Origin: an uncultured Actinomycetota bacterium | GTDB taxonomy: Bacteria; Actinomycetota; Actinomycetes; Mycobacteriales; Micromonosporaceae | Assembly (NCBI GenBank): GCA_963797605.1 | Contig: CAWCPX010000009.1 | Location: forward strand, 867,950 to 931,949 | Direction of reading: 5' to 3' | Length of the DNA: 64,000 bases | Part shown: positions 53,399-63,525 of the stretch, piece after piece | How positions within the stretch are numbered: the stretch's first letter is position 1 | Layout: every line of letters starts with the position of its first letter | Notes under the pieces: generated by a model | What the model was told of the DNA's origin: nothing | Database searches by the model: none | Seen by the model: the letters and a program-made list of their open reading frames with translations, nothing else | Position numbers and translations under genes: made by a program

Positions 53399-55017
53399 CA
53401 GGTGCCCACCTCTAACCTAGCCGGATTTGCGTAGATGACGCGATGGAGGGCCCGGATCGTGGCCGCGTACGCGGTGCCGGTCACGGGCCGGTGGCGGACC
53501 AAGGCGGACCGAGCGGCGTTCGCTCCGGGTCCACCGTGGACGCCGCCGCCGGGGTGCGCGCTGCCGTTCGCGAGATAAAGACGGTCGATCACGGTGTCAG
53601 CGCGCCCGAGGCCCGGCACCGGCCGGAACATCAACTCCTGATGAATGCTCGACGTGCCGCCGCCGATCGCACCGCCGACCAGGCTCGGGTTCTGCGCGGC
53701 GAGTTCGGCCGGTCCCAGGACGCTCCGTGCCGTGATGAGGCCACGGAACCCGGGCGCGTGCTCCTCGATGATGTCCTCGATCCGGGCCGCGTAGGCGGAG
53801 ATGTCGTCGGCGGCCCACGTGTCGCGCCACGGCAGATGGGTGTACGCCCACATCGACTCGGTGCCGGCCGGCGACCGGGTGGGATCGGCGGTGGTCATCT
53901 GCCCGGCCAGGATAAACGGCCGCTCGGGGATCCGCTGGGCCGCCATCTGTGTCGCATACGCGGACAACTCTTCCAGCCCACCATCGAGATGGATCGTCCC
54001 GGCGCCGCCGACCCGCGCGTTACGCCACGGGACCTTCCCCGACAGAGCCCAGTCGACCTTGACCGTGCCGTTGTCCCATTGAAAGTTCTCCAGGTCCGAC
54101 AGCAACCGGTCCGGCAAATCACGGGGGTCCAGCAGGTCGCGGTACAACAGCGGCGCGGCGATGTCCGCGAGGACTCCGCGACGGGCCCGGAATCCGCGTG
54201 CGTCCGCGCAGATCACACCGAGCGCTCGGCCATGACGCACCAGAATCCGCGCCGCGGTAGCGCCGTAGACGATCTCGCCTCCCGCCTGGCGCAGCCGGCG
54301 TTCAAGGGCCGCGGTGATCTCGCCCGCGCCCCCGACCGGGACAGGAAAGCCGTCGTGCTGGGCGACCATCGCCATGAGCCAGCCGAAGATGCCGCTGCCG
54401 GCCTGATCCGGTGACAGATCGGTGTGCTGAGCGCAGCCGGCCAGGAGGAGCCGGGCGCCGTCGCCGTCGAAGAGTTCCTGCGTCATGCGCCGGGCTGGGA
54501 GCATCATCGAGCGGGTCAGGCGCAGCAGGTCGGCGGCGCCGAGCCGGCGGGCGAGGCGGGCGGAGGCGCGGATCGGCGGGAACGAGGCGAAGAGCGCGTC
54601 GATGAACTCGTCACCGACGCGTTGCCAGGCGGTGACTTCGCGCATCCACCGGTCGCCGTCGCCGGCCGCGAACTCCTCGACCGACGCAGCGGTGATGTCG
54701 GGGTCACGGTTGAGGATCGCGACCCGGTCGTCGCGGAAGACGTGCGCCAGGACGTGCTGGGCGTGCCGCCACCTCACTCCCTGATCTTCCAGGTGCAGGG
54801 CCTGGATGACGGGGCTGACGGCGGCGAACGGGTAGAAGGCGCTGCACACGTCGTTGCGGAACCCGGGCGCGGTGATCTCGGCCGTGTGGACCGCGCCGCC
54901 GCCGTGCTCGGAGGCTTCGAGCACAACCACCGACCAGCCCGCGTCGGCGAGCAGGTTGGCCGCTACCAGGCCGTTGTGACCCGCGCCGATGATCACCGCG
55001 TCCGTTGTTGTGACCAC
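53398..55017 (-). CDS. phytoene-desaturase-family NAD(P)/FAD-dependent oxidoreductase
   Basis: GTG 55017. DAVIIGAGHNGLVAANLLADAGWSVVVLEA and the C-terminal GSAHPGGGVHG. Confidence 0.85.
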   Translation of the reverse strand: MVTTTDAVIIGAGHNGLVAANLLADAGWSVVVLEASEHGGGAVHTAEITAPGFRNDVCSAFYPFAAVSPVIQALHLEDQGVRWRHAQHVLAHVFRDDRVAILNRDPDITAASVEEFAAGDGDRWMREVTAWQRVGDEFIDALFASFPPIRASARLARRLGAADLLRLTRSMMLPARRMTQELFDGDGARLLLAGCAQHTDLSPDQAGSGIFGWLMAMVAQHDGFPVPVGGAGEITAALERRLRQAGGEIVYGATAARILVRHGRALGVICADARGFRARRGVLADIAAPLLYRDLLDPRDLPDRLLSDLENFQWDNGTVKVDWALSGKVPWRNARVGGAGTIHLDGGLEELSAYATQMAAQRIPERPFILAGQMTTADPTRSPAGTESMWAYTHLPWRDTWAADDISAYAARIEDIIEEHAPGFRGLITARSVLGPAELAAQNPSLVGGAIGGGTSSIHQELMFRPVPGLGRADTVIDRLYLANGSAHPGGGVHGGPGANAARSALVRHRPVTGTAYAATIRALHRVIYANPARLEVGT

Positions 55018-55487
55018 GGGACTACGCCGTCCGTCCGGCGGACGCCATCGGGAACGGCAGGCGGTCCCACTCGCAGTGCGGACCGACGGCGTTGGCATGG
55101 ACCAGCGGGCCAGCGGACGGCTGGCGCTGGGGCTTAGCCTCGGGCGGCGGGCGCTTGACAGCCACGATTCCTCATTTCGGAAATGTACGAATCAGGTTGA
55201 GCATCCGCTATGCCCGCAATACCGGGATGCGAAACCCTGAGAGATCCACCCGTCATTTAATCGTCGTGGCTGCTCGGTCGTGTCCTTGGCCGGCCGCCGG
55301 GCCGTCAGCGGCGTCCTTGCCGAGAACCATCTCCCAGGCGCACGACCGTCCCGTCCAGGCCGCTGTCGACGCGTACGCGGCCGGTGATGGCTTGGCTGAG
55401 CGAGAAGGCTTGGCTGAGCCAGAAGCCAGCGGCCACGGCGCTCCACCGGCGCAGCGGCCGTCAACGGGAATGTTGAGAGGGTCCGGC

Positions 55488-56741
55488 TCAGGCCAGGCGG
55501 CGAAGAGCGACGACCGCGACGTCGTCGGTGGCGGTGAAATCGCCCAGCATGCCGTCGGTCGCGGCGCTGCAGAGGTACTGCGGATCGGTGGAGATCAACA
55601 GTGTGGTCAGCTCGGCGATGCAGTCGGTGATCAGGCGATCGCGGCGTTCGACAAGGCCGTCGGTGTAGAGCAGCAGCGCCGAGCCGACACCGATCGGTTT
55701 GGTCACGCTCCGTCGCGGCGCGTCGCGGTAAGCGCCCAGTGGCAGATCGACCGGCGCTTCCAGCACGGCCACGTCGCCGTCAGGACTCACGCGGAGCGCG
55801 GGTAGGTGCCCGGCCATCGAGACGGTGAGGGTGGTGTGGGTGGGGTCGATGACGATGTACAGCGCGGTGGCCATCGCGTCCGGCTCGAAGAGCTGGATCT
55901 TGCGGTCGAGTCGGGTCAGGACATCGGCGGGATCGTCGGTCTCCAGTGCGTAGGCGCGCAGGGCACTACGGATCCGCCCCATCACCACGGCGGCTCGCAG
56001 ACCACTTCCGGCCACGTCGCCGATGGCCACACCGATGTGCCCGGACGGCAGCGTGAAGACGTCGTACCAGTCGCCGCCGACGCCGACAGCGGCACCGGGA
56101 ATGTAGCGGACGGCCACCTCGAACCCGGCCACCGGAGCGGGTCGCGCCGGCAGCAGGCTTCGCTGTAACGCGAGCGTGCTGGCCCGGTCCAGCTGGGACA
56201 GCCGCGCTTGGGTCGCCAGACTGGCCCGGTCCGCCACGAGTCGTAGCAGGTCGATGTCGTCGCTGGTGAAGGCGCGGGGCGCCATGGAGCCGACGTGGAG
56301 GACGCCGAGAATCTGACCCGTGGTGAGCATTGGTACACCGGCCAGTGATGACAGATGCTTGTCGATCAACACTTGGCTGAAGACGGTGGTGGCATCGACG
56401 TGATCGAGGATCACCGGAAGGCCGGTCGCCGCGATCCTGCCGGTGAATCCGTCGCCGACCGGCACGCGTACGCCGAGGCGGATTTCGTCGTCGAGCCCGC
56501 TGGACGCCGTGGCGACCAGCTCCGTGCCCGAGGAGTCGAGCAGCATGATCGCTGCCGTGTCGACCTGCAGCAGTTCCCGGGTCCGGTCGAGGAGCTCGGT
56601 GAGCAGCTCGTCGAGTTCCAGCCCGGAAAGCGCGGCGTCCGTGACGGCCTGCAGGCGGCGTAGCTTTTCGTCCACGTCGGGGGCCACACGATGGGGTGCC
56701 GTGCTGCCGCGCTGTTCGGGGCCGACGATCGGCGCGACCAT
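55488..56741 (-). CDS. GAF domain-containing PP2C (SpoIIE/RsbU-type) phosphatase
   Basis: GAF domain (LLQVDTAAIMLLDSSGTELV...), then PP2C motifs GGDWYDV, IGDVAGSG, LLLYTDGLVE and DDVAVVAL. Confidence 0.85.
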   Translation of the reverse strand: MVAPIVGPEQRGSTAPHRVAPDVDEKLRRLQAVTDAALSGLELDELLTELLDRTRELLQVDTAAIMLLDSSGTELVATASSGLDDEIRLGVRVPVGDGFTGRIAATGLPVILDHVDATTVFSQVLIDKHLSSLAGVPMLTTGQILGVLHVGSMAPRAFTSDDIDLLRLVADRASLATQARLSQLDRASTLALQRSLLPARPAPVAGFEVAVRYIPGAAVGVGGDWYDVFTLPSGHIGVAIGDVAGSGLRAAVVMGRIRSALRAYALETDDPADVLTRLDRKIQLFEPDAMATALYIVIDPTHTTLTVSMAGHLPALRVSPDGDVAVLEAPVDLPLGAYRDAPRRSVTKPIGVGSALLLYTDGLVERRDRLITDCIAELTTLLISTDPQYLCSAATDGMLGDFTATDDVAVVALRRLA

Positions 56742-56743
56742 CG

Positions 56744-57061
56744 TTAGCCGGTCTGACCGGACAGATGTGCCCAGACGCCGGTGACTTCCAGCACCGTGAG
56801 CACGACTCCGTGAGCGCCGGTGACCTGGTAGTCGAGGTTGTGCTCTTCGGCGAAGCGGCGGCCTCGCAGCAGCACGCTGATGCCCGAGGAGTCGAGGAAC
56901 GTCACCTGCGACAGATCCACGGTGATGCCGGAGACGTCGCGTGCGCTGGCGGCGGCCTCGATCGCCGTGTCGACGGCGGGGGCCGTGGCGAGATCAACAT
57001 CGCCGGTCACGGCCACGGTCGCGTTTCGGCCGTGCCGCAGTGTGGTCACTGATACCGCCAT
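56744..57061 (-). CDS. STAS-domain anti-sigma-factor antagonist
   Basis: ATG 57061. VAVTGDVDLATAPAV...VTFLDSSGISVLL with the phosphorylatable-Ser context DSSG. Confidence 0.85.
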   Translation of the reverse strand: MAVSVTTLRHGRNATVAVTGDVDLATAPAVDTAIEAAASARDVSGITVDLSQVTFLDSSGISVLLRGRRFAEEHNLDYQVTGAHGVVLTVLEVTGVWAHLSGQTG

Positions 57062-57272
57062 TTCACCTGGCCTTTCCTGCGTAAGTGCCGGTCCGCCAGA
57101 CAAACTTTAGAGCGTCGCGTACGCGGATTCGTCGAACAGATCATTGCACTTGTTCCATACCGACGGTTAACGGGAATCGGAGAACCCTCCGGAAAGGCCG
57201 GTCCCCGGGTCGTGCCGCGAACTGTGTGCGAACCTACCGCGTCGGCCGTCGCCAAAGTGGGTAAGGGCGACC

Positions 57273-58331
57273 ATGAGTTTTGACGAGGACCACCCCGACA
57301 CTGGCATCGACCGGGTGATCCGACCGATAGACCGGCTGCAGCAACGCCACACCTGGCTTGGGTTCCCGCTCGCCGTTCTGACGAAGTGTAGCGACGACTC
57401 GGCCGGCAACCTGGCGGCGCTGATGGCCTATTACGGATTCGTCGCGATCTTCCCGCTGCTTCTGCTGTTCACCACGATCCTGGGCTACGTGCTGCAGAGC
57501 CACAACGCGCTGCGGGAACGGCTGCTGCGGTCAGCCATCGTCGATTTCCCGGTCATCGGAGATCAGTTGCGGTCCACTGGCGGTCTTCCGGGCCACTGGT
57601 ACGTGGTGGTGTTGTCGCTCGCGATCAGCCTCTGGGGTGCCCGGGGCGTGGCCAACGCCTGCCAGACGGCGTTCAACACCGTCTGGAACGTACCGTTTTC
57701 GCAGCGCCCTGGGTTCCCGACCGCGATCCTGCGAAGCTTCGCGCTGCTGGGAGTCGCCGGGATCGCGGTGTTGGCCACAGGCACGCTGTCGGGCATTGGC
57801 AGCACGGCGAACGTACTCGGTGCCACCGCTCGGATTTTCGCGCTGATCTTGTCCGCGGCCATCACGATCGCGGTGTTCCTGCTGGGCTTCCGGCTCGCCA
57901 CGGCCCGCGCGGTGCCGCTGCGCCGGATGGCACGCTCGGCCGTCGCCTCGGCGCTCGTCTGGCAGTTGCTGCTGGTCGCCGGGAGTTTCCTCCTCGATCA
58001 CCAGGTGCGTCACGCACAGGCGCTTTACGGCACGTTCGGGCTGATCCTCGGTCTGCTGGCTTGGTTGCACCTGCAGGCCCAGCTGACGCTGTACGCCGTG
58101 GAGGCCGATGCCGTGCGCGCCGACCGTCTCTGGCCGCGTGGGCTCCTGCGGCCTCCACTGACCGGCGGAGACAAACGTGCCTATCGTGCGTACGCGGAGA
58201 CCGCACGGCGGCGCCCGGCCGACGAGCAGAGCGTCGAAGTGCGGTTCCCGGGGGAACGGCCGCCCGTCTACCCACGCATCGACCCTGACTCACAGGCAGG
58301 TGCGGACGCCGAAACGGAAGGAAAACGATGA
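57273..58331 (+). CDS. YihY/BrkB (virulence factor BrkB) family membrane protein
   Basis: NLAALMAYYGFVAIFPLLL..., six TM segments and a charged C-terminal tail. Confidence 0.8.
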   Translation: MSFDEDHPDTGIDRVIRPIDRLQQRHTWLGFPLAVLTKCSDDSAGNLAALMAYYGFVAIFPLLLLFTTILGYVLQSHNALRERLLRSAIVDFPVIGDQLRSTGGLPGHWYVVVLSLAISLWGARGVANACQTAFNTVWNVPFSQRPGFPTAILRSFALLGVAGIAVLATGTLSGIGSTANVLGATARIFALILSAAITIAVFLLGFRLATARAVPLRRMARSAVASALVWQLLLVAGSFLLDHQVRHAQALYGTFGLILGLLAWLHLQAQLTLYAVEADAVRADRLWPRGLLRPPLTGGDKRAYRAYAETARRRPADEQSVEVRFPGERPPVYPRIDPDSQAGADAETEGKR

Positions 58332-59413
58332 GCGTAGGCGAAACGATCGGCGTGGAAGAGGAGTTTCACATCGTCGATCCCGAAACCGGTGCACTGGTGC
58401 CTGCCGCCCGGCGGCTGCTGCGCTCCGACGAAACGGAGGCCGAGCCGGAACTGCAGCGCACGCTCGTCGAGACCGCGACCGACGTGCACACCGATCTGGC
58501 ATCGCTGCGAGACGACCTGCTCAGCCAGCGCCGGGAACTCGCCTCCGCAGCGGCGGACATCGGTCTCGCGGTGGTGACCGCCGGCACCGTGCCCGATTCC
58601 GGCAGCAACCCGGGCCGCGTCTTCCCCGACGAACGCTACGAGTGGATGGCCGCCGAATATCGACAGCTCGTCGACGAACAGCAGGTGTGCGCGTGCCAGG
58701 TGCACGTGAGCGTCGATGATCGCGATCAGGCCGTGCTTATCACGCGCCAGATCCGTGGCTGGCTCCCGACGCTGCTCGCGTTGAGCGTGAGTTCTCCCTG
58801 GTTCCAGGCCCAGGACACCGGCTACGGCTCCTATCGCACCGTCGTGGTCTCCCGCTGGCCGACGGTCGGCCCACCACCGGATTTCGCGTCGGCCGCCGAC
58901 TACGACCGCACCGTCGCCACCCTCGTTGCAAGCGGGGTCATCAGCGACGCCGGCATGATCTACTTCGATGCACGGCTGTCGGCCCGCTACCCGACGATCG
59001 AGATCCGGATCGCCGACGCCTGCCCCTCCGTTGATGACGCCGTGCTGGTGGCGGCTCTCGGACGCGCGCTGGTAGTCACGGCGGCCCGCAGCGATCAGAC
59101 GCCGGACGCGGCCACCAGTCATCAGGTGCTGCTGCGGGCGGCGACGTGGCGAGCCGCGAGATCCGGACTCGACGGGTTTCTGATCGACCCGAGCACCGCA
59201 TTGGCCGTCCCGGCACCGGCGATGGTCCGTGCACTGCTCGACCACTGCCGCTCGGCTCTCGAAGAACGCGGCGAGTGGGACACCGTCGTTGAGCTGACCG
59301 ACGCCTTGCTGGCCCGGGGCCCGTCCACGCGCCGCCAGCGGGACGCGCTCCGGCGCGGCTCGACCGCCTCGGACATCGTCGCCGCGCTGGTCGCGGAGAC
59401 CGTGGACGGCTGA
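58328..59413 (+). CDS. carboxylate-amine ligase (glutamate-cysteine ligase family 2, YbdK-like)
   Basis: IGVEEEFHIVD...ELQRTLVETAT...CACQVHVSV. The start overlaps the upstream stop (ATGA). Confidence 0.85.
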   Translation: MSVGETIGVEEEFHIVDPETGALVPAARRLLRSDETEAEPELQRTLVETATDVHTDLASLRDDLLSQRRELASAAADIGLAVVTAGTVPDSGSNPGRVFPDERYEWMAAEYRQLVDEQQVCACQVHVSVDDRDQAVLITRQIRGWLPTLLALSVSSPWFQAQDTGYGSYRTVVVSRWPTVGPPPDFASAADYDRTVATLVASGVISDAGMIYFDARLSARYPTIEIRIADACPSVDDAVLVAALGRALVVTAARSDQTPDAATSHQVLLRAATWRAARSGLDGFLIDPSTALAVPAPAMVRALLDHCRSALEERGEWDTVVELTDALLARGPSTRRQRDALRRGSTASDIVAALVAETVDG

Positions 59414-59426
59414 GGCCATCGCGTCC

Positions 59427-60677
59427 GTGCGTCCCGGCACGAACGTCATGGAGACGACTTACGGTGGCAGCATGGACGTCGCTCTCGAAGACTGGCACCG
59501 AGCGCTCATCTCGCTGACTCGCGGCGGCCACACTGTCCAGGCCAGTGGCCTGGCACCGCTGCTCAACGAAATATTGCGGCCCGTCGGCATCCGCGCGATC
59601 GTCTATCTCGTTGACGTCGAGCAACGTACGCTGCACGCGCTTCCCGATATGGGCCCCGTCGCCGGCCCGTTACCGATCGACGGAAGCCTGGCCGGCCGTT
59701 GCTACATGACGGTCACGCCGCTGATCGCGAGCCGTGACCCCATCCGGTTCTGGATGCCGCTGATCGACGGAACCGAACGACTGGGCGTGCTGGACCTGAC
59801 GCTGCCGGCCGGGATGGATCCCGACAAGGCCGACGTTCGCGAAAACATCGATGCGGTCGCCGGCCTTCTGGCGCACCTGATCGTCGCCAAGACCCAGTAC
59901 GGTGACGCGCTCAGTCGGGCCCGCCGCTCCCAGCCGATGTCCCCGGGTGCCGAGACGCTCTGGCGCCTACTGCCGCCGTTGACGTTCACGACGGATCGCC
60001 TCGTGTTGTCGGCGATCCTGGAGCCCTGCTATGCCGTGGGCGGCGACGTTTACGACTACGCCGTCGACGACGACATCGCCCGCATCGCGCTATTCGACGC
60101 GGTCGGGCACGGGCTGCCGGCGGCGTTGACGGCGACCGTCGCATTGGGTGCCTCGCGGAGCGCGCGAATTCAAGGTCGAGGTCTCCAAGAGGTCGGACGC
60201 GCCGTGGACGAGGCGATTCTCGGTGAGTTCCGGGATTCCCGGTTCCTGACGGCAGTCCTCGCCGAGTTGCATCTGCGGACGGGGACGTTGCGTTACATCA
60301 ACGCGGGGCATCCACCGCCGGTCCTGTTGCGTGGCGGCAAGGCGGTCGCCCAACTCGACAGCGGCCGCCGCCTGCCGTTGGGCCTCGGCGGCGCGGCCGC
60401 GGCCGTCGCTGAAATCAGCCTCGAACCCGGCGACCGGCTGCTGCTCTACACGGACGGGTTCACCGAGGCACGCGACCAGTTCGATCAGCAGTTCGGTCTG
60501 ACCCGGCTGATCGACTTCGCCGAGCGGCACGCCGCCGCCGGCCTGCCACCTCCGGAGACCGTGCGCCGCCTCGTTCACGATCTGCTCGACCATCAGGACG
60601 GACCCCTACGTGACGACGCCAGCATGATGCTTGTGAGCTGGAATTCTGTGGCCAGTGTGGGCCAGACGTTGCCGTAA
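59427..60677 (+). CDS. PP2C (SpoIIE) family phosphatase with N-terminal sensor-like domain
   Basis: GGDVYDY, LFDAVGHGLPAA, LLLYTDGFTEA, DDASMMLV. Alternative starts at ATG 59448 and 59472. Confidence 0.8.
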   Translation: MRPGTNVMETTYGGSMDVALEDWHRALISLTRGGHTVQASGLAPLLNEILRPVGIRAIVYLVDVEQRTLHALPDMGPVAGPLPIDGSLAGRCYMTVTPLIASRDPIRFWMPLIDGTERLGVLDLTLPAGMDPDKADVRENIDAVAGLLAHLIVAKTQYGDALSRARRSQPMSPGAETLWRLLPPLTFTTDRLVLSAILEPCYAVGGDVYDYAVDDDIARIALFDAVGHGLPAALTATVALGASRSARIQGRGLQEVGRAVDEAILGEFRDSRFLTAVLAELHLRTGTLRYINAGHPPPVLLRGGKAVAQLDSGRRLPLGLGGAAAAVAEISLEPGDRLLLYTDGFTEARDQFDQQFGLTRLIDFAERHAAAGLPPPETVRRLVHDLLDHQDGPLRDDASMMLVSWNSVASVGQTLP

Positions 60678-60812
60678 AGATCCCGACGGGGTTGGCGTCA
60701 TTTCAGCAATGGCAGTCGATCTTCTTCGAGCCTCCGCTCAACCTTCCGCGTCACCGCACAAGGCGGCGGCCGCCGGTACCCGAACCGGGGCCGGCGACCG
60801 CCGTGGAAGGCG

Positions 60813-60986
60813 TCAGTTCTTGAACACGTCCTTGATCTTCTCGCCGGCCTGCTTCAGGTTTCCCGCCGCCTGGTCCTTCTGGCCTTCGGCCTCGAGTTCC
60901 TGGTCGTTAGTGGCCTTACCCGCGCCCTCCTTGACCTTGCCGGCGACTTCCTGTGCCTTGTTGTCGATCTTGTCGTCGAGCCCCAT
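60813..60986 (-). CDS. csbD: CsbD family general-stress protein (57 aa)
   Basis: GAGGGGG-N5-ATG 60986. MGLDDKIDNKAQEVAGKVKEGAGKATNDQELEAEGQKDQAAGNLKQAGEKIKDVFKN*. Below the ORF-track cutoff. Confidence 0.8.
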   Translation of the reverse strand: MGLDDKIDNKAQEVAGKVKEGAGKATNDQELEAEGQKDQAAGNLKQAGEKIKDVFKN

Positions 60987-61064
60987 CACATGCCCCCTCT
61001 AGCGTCATCACCTGAGTGGATCGATGACCACGCTCCCATTGAAGTGATGCTGTCCGGCAGTGTT

Positions 61065-61089
61065 TGCCCCGCTCAGCGGGGGTCTAAAC
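61065..61089 (-). promoter_or_regulatory. candidate SigB/SigF-type stress promoter of csbD
   Basis: Minus strand GTTT-N15-GGGGCAAACA, about 80 nt upstream of the csbD ATG. Confidence 0.45.
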
Positions 61090-61161
61090 GCCCGCAAGGC
61101 GGACAGTTCGGTATTCGACGTTCGTGTTGCCGCGCGAGCGCTCACGGGTTTGACTTGCTAG

Positions 61162-62765
61162 GTGCCCAGTCGAGGGAAGCGTTCGCCGGCCGAGGATCCG
61201 CTCACGCCGTACCGGCGCAAGCGCGACTTCAAGCGGACGCCCGAGCCCGATGGCACGCCGTCAGCGTCACGCGGCGCGACCGAGCGGCGATTCACCGTGC
61301 AACGGCACCGGGCAGCCGGCTGCACTATGACTTTCGCCTCGAAATCGACGGTGTGTTGGTCAGTTGGGCGGTCCCGAAGGGTCCGACGCTGGATCCGAGA
61401 GTCCGCCGGGCCGCCTTTCACGTCGAAGATCATCCCCTGGACTATATCGACTTCGAAGGCATCATTCCCGCGCGCGAATACGGCGGGGGTGACGTCATCG
61501 TGTGGGACACCGGCACGTGGAGCCCCGACGATGCCCCCGATCCGGGCAGTGCCGTACGCGACGGCGAATGCATTTCGACGTCGACGGCCCAAGCTCTAGG
61601 CCGCTTCGTGCTCGTCCGGACCCGGGTTGATTCCGGCGGCAAGGAGGAGTGGCTGCTGCTCCACAAACACGATGAGTACGCGGTCGACGGATGGGTCACC
61701 GAGGACCATCCCCAATCGGTGGTGAGCGGCCGCACCAACGACGAGGTGAAAGCCAACCCGGAGCGCACATGGCGCTCCAACAGGTCCGACGGCGGTGCGC
61801 TGAGCGGAGAGCCTGCCGCCCAGCATCGACCGGAACTGGGGCCGGCGTCCGGGGTCCGGGAAGTGGGTTCGGCCGGGAACTGCGCGTCACCAACCTGGAC
61901 AAGGTGCTGTTCCCGCCGCGCCGCGGCTCTCGTGCGGCACACCAGGAAGCGGCCGTGACGAAGCGGGACTGCTCCGCTATACGGCGCAGATCGCGCCCAG
62001 CGTGTTCCCTATCTCACGGGGCGGCCGATGAACCTGCACCGATTCCCTACTGGCGCCGAAACCGCCGGCTTCTGGCAGAAGGCGCTGCCCGGATCACGCG
62101 CCGGCATGGGTGCCCAGGTGGGACAATCCACACGTGAGGCCGGGCGAGGCGAGGACTTACCTGGTCGTCGACGAGCCGGCCGCGCTGCTGTGGGCGGCGA
62201 ATTTCGGCGGATTGGAGTGGCACGCCTGGACCTCGCCACCGGCGAGCCACGGAGCGGCCCAGCTATGCCTGATCGATATCGACCCGGGCTCGAGCACCAG
62301 CTGGGAGGATTGCTCGTGCTCGCCCGCTTCATCGGACCGTTCGAGCATCTCGGCGTGACCGGGCCTAGCCCGAAAGTCACCGGCCGCCGGGGCATCCAGA
62401 TCTGGATACCGATCGCCGCCGGGCCGGGGTTCGGCGACACCCGCGCGTGGATGGAGCAGCTGTCGAAGACCGTCGGCGCCGTCGTGCCCGACCTGATCAG
62501 CTGGAAATGGCACACCAACGATCGGGGCGGGCTCGCACGACTCGACTACACGCAGAACGATCCCACAAGACGCTCGTCGCTCCCTACAGCCCAGGCCTGC
62601 GCCGGGGCGACGGTGTCCGCGCCGATCGACTGGGCCGAACTCGACGATCCCGACCTGCGTCCGGACGGCTTCACCATCCGCACCATGCCGCAGCGGCTGA
62701 CCGCGAAGGGCGACCTGTTCCGCGGCGTCCTGGACCACCCGCAACGGCTGCCGTCCCTGACGTAA
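61162..62765 (+). pseudogene. ligD: LigD-like NHEJ protein (3'-phosphoesterase + primase-polymerase domains) with at least eight frame changes
   Basis: PE domain: YRRKRDFKRTPEPDG...RFTVQRHRA / SRLHYDFRLEIDGVLVSWAVPKGPTLDP...HVEDHPLDYIDFEGIIP. Pol domain: RELRVTNLDKVLFPP / LLRYTAQIAPSVFP / YLTGRPMNLHRFPTG...FWQK / VPRWDNPH...YLVVDEPAALLWAANFGGLEWHAWTS...LIDIDPG / LLVLARF...KVTGRRGIQIWIPI...DYTQN / KTLVAPYSP / GATVSAPIDW... Confidence 0.7.
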
Positions 62766-62851
62766 CGCGGGCCACCCGAGGTCGGCTCCGCCGATGACCG
62801 GATCGCTGAAGGCTTGGTTCGCCGATTACCTGGACGAATCTCCGCGCACGG

Positions 62852-62875
62852 GTTTGGGGTCTCCCATATGGGGCA
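62852..62875 (+). promoter_or_regulatory. candidate SigB/SigF-type stress promoter
   Basis: GTTT-N14-GGGGCACACA, 70 nt upstream of ATG 62945. Confidence 0.45.
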
Positions 62876-62944
62876 CACAGACCGGGTGCAATACCTCGAA
62901 GGATCAGCGATCTGACAAATATCAGCCAACACTCGAAGGAGCAC

Positions 62945-63253
62945 ATGATGAGGACCCTCACGTTCGTTACCGGCGCGGCCATTGGCTACGTCTTCGGCAC
63001 CAAGGCGGGCCGAGAGAAGTACCAGCAGCTCGTCGAGGGCGCTCGCGCGTTCAGCGAGAAGCCCGCGGTGCAGCAGGCACAGTCGAAGGTCAAGGACATG
63101 GTCGGCCAGGGTACGTCGGCCGTCGCCAGCAAAATCGGCATGAGCAGCGACGACTCGACGAAGTCGTTCGACGATGGACCAACCGTCGCCACGACCCCCG
63201 CCACCACGAGAAAGGCCGCGGCCGCTGGAACCCGCACCGACAACACGTTCTGA
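62945..63253 (+). CDS. YtxH-like small stress protein (hypothetical)
   Basis: GGAG-N5-ATG. N-terminal hydrophobic helix LTFVTGAAIGYVFG, then a charged helical region. Paralog of 63526..63879. Confidence 0.6.
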   Translation: MMRTLTFVTGAAIGYVFGTKAGREKYQQLVEGARAFSEKPAVQQAQSKVKDMVGQGTSAVASKIGMSSDDSTKSFDDGPTVATTPATTRKAAAAGTRTDNTF

Positions 63254-63525
63254 GGACCTCGGGGGTGAGGCTGCGGGCGGGCACGCTGTCATGGCGTGCC
63301 CGCCCGCAGAGCGTTCACGACCTCGGTCCCGCTGTCGCGGATGGCGGCCCCACGGCATTGCCGGAGAAGTTGCCTCGTGCAATCGTTTCCGAACGCGCTG
63401 CCCCGGGCACGTCGTCGGGAAGCACCGGACGCATCTCGGCCCGCTGCCGGCCAACCTGGCACGGCAGCCTCGGCTGCTGTACCCGGTCCGCCGGATCCGT
63501 CCCTCGACCCTAAGGAGCCGTACGC

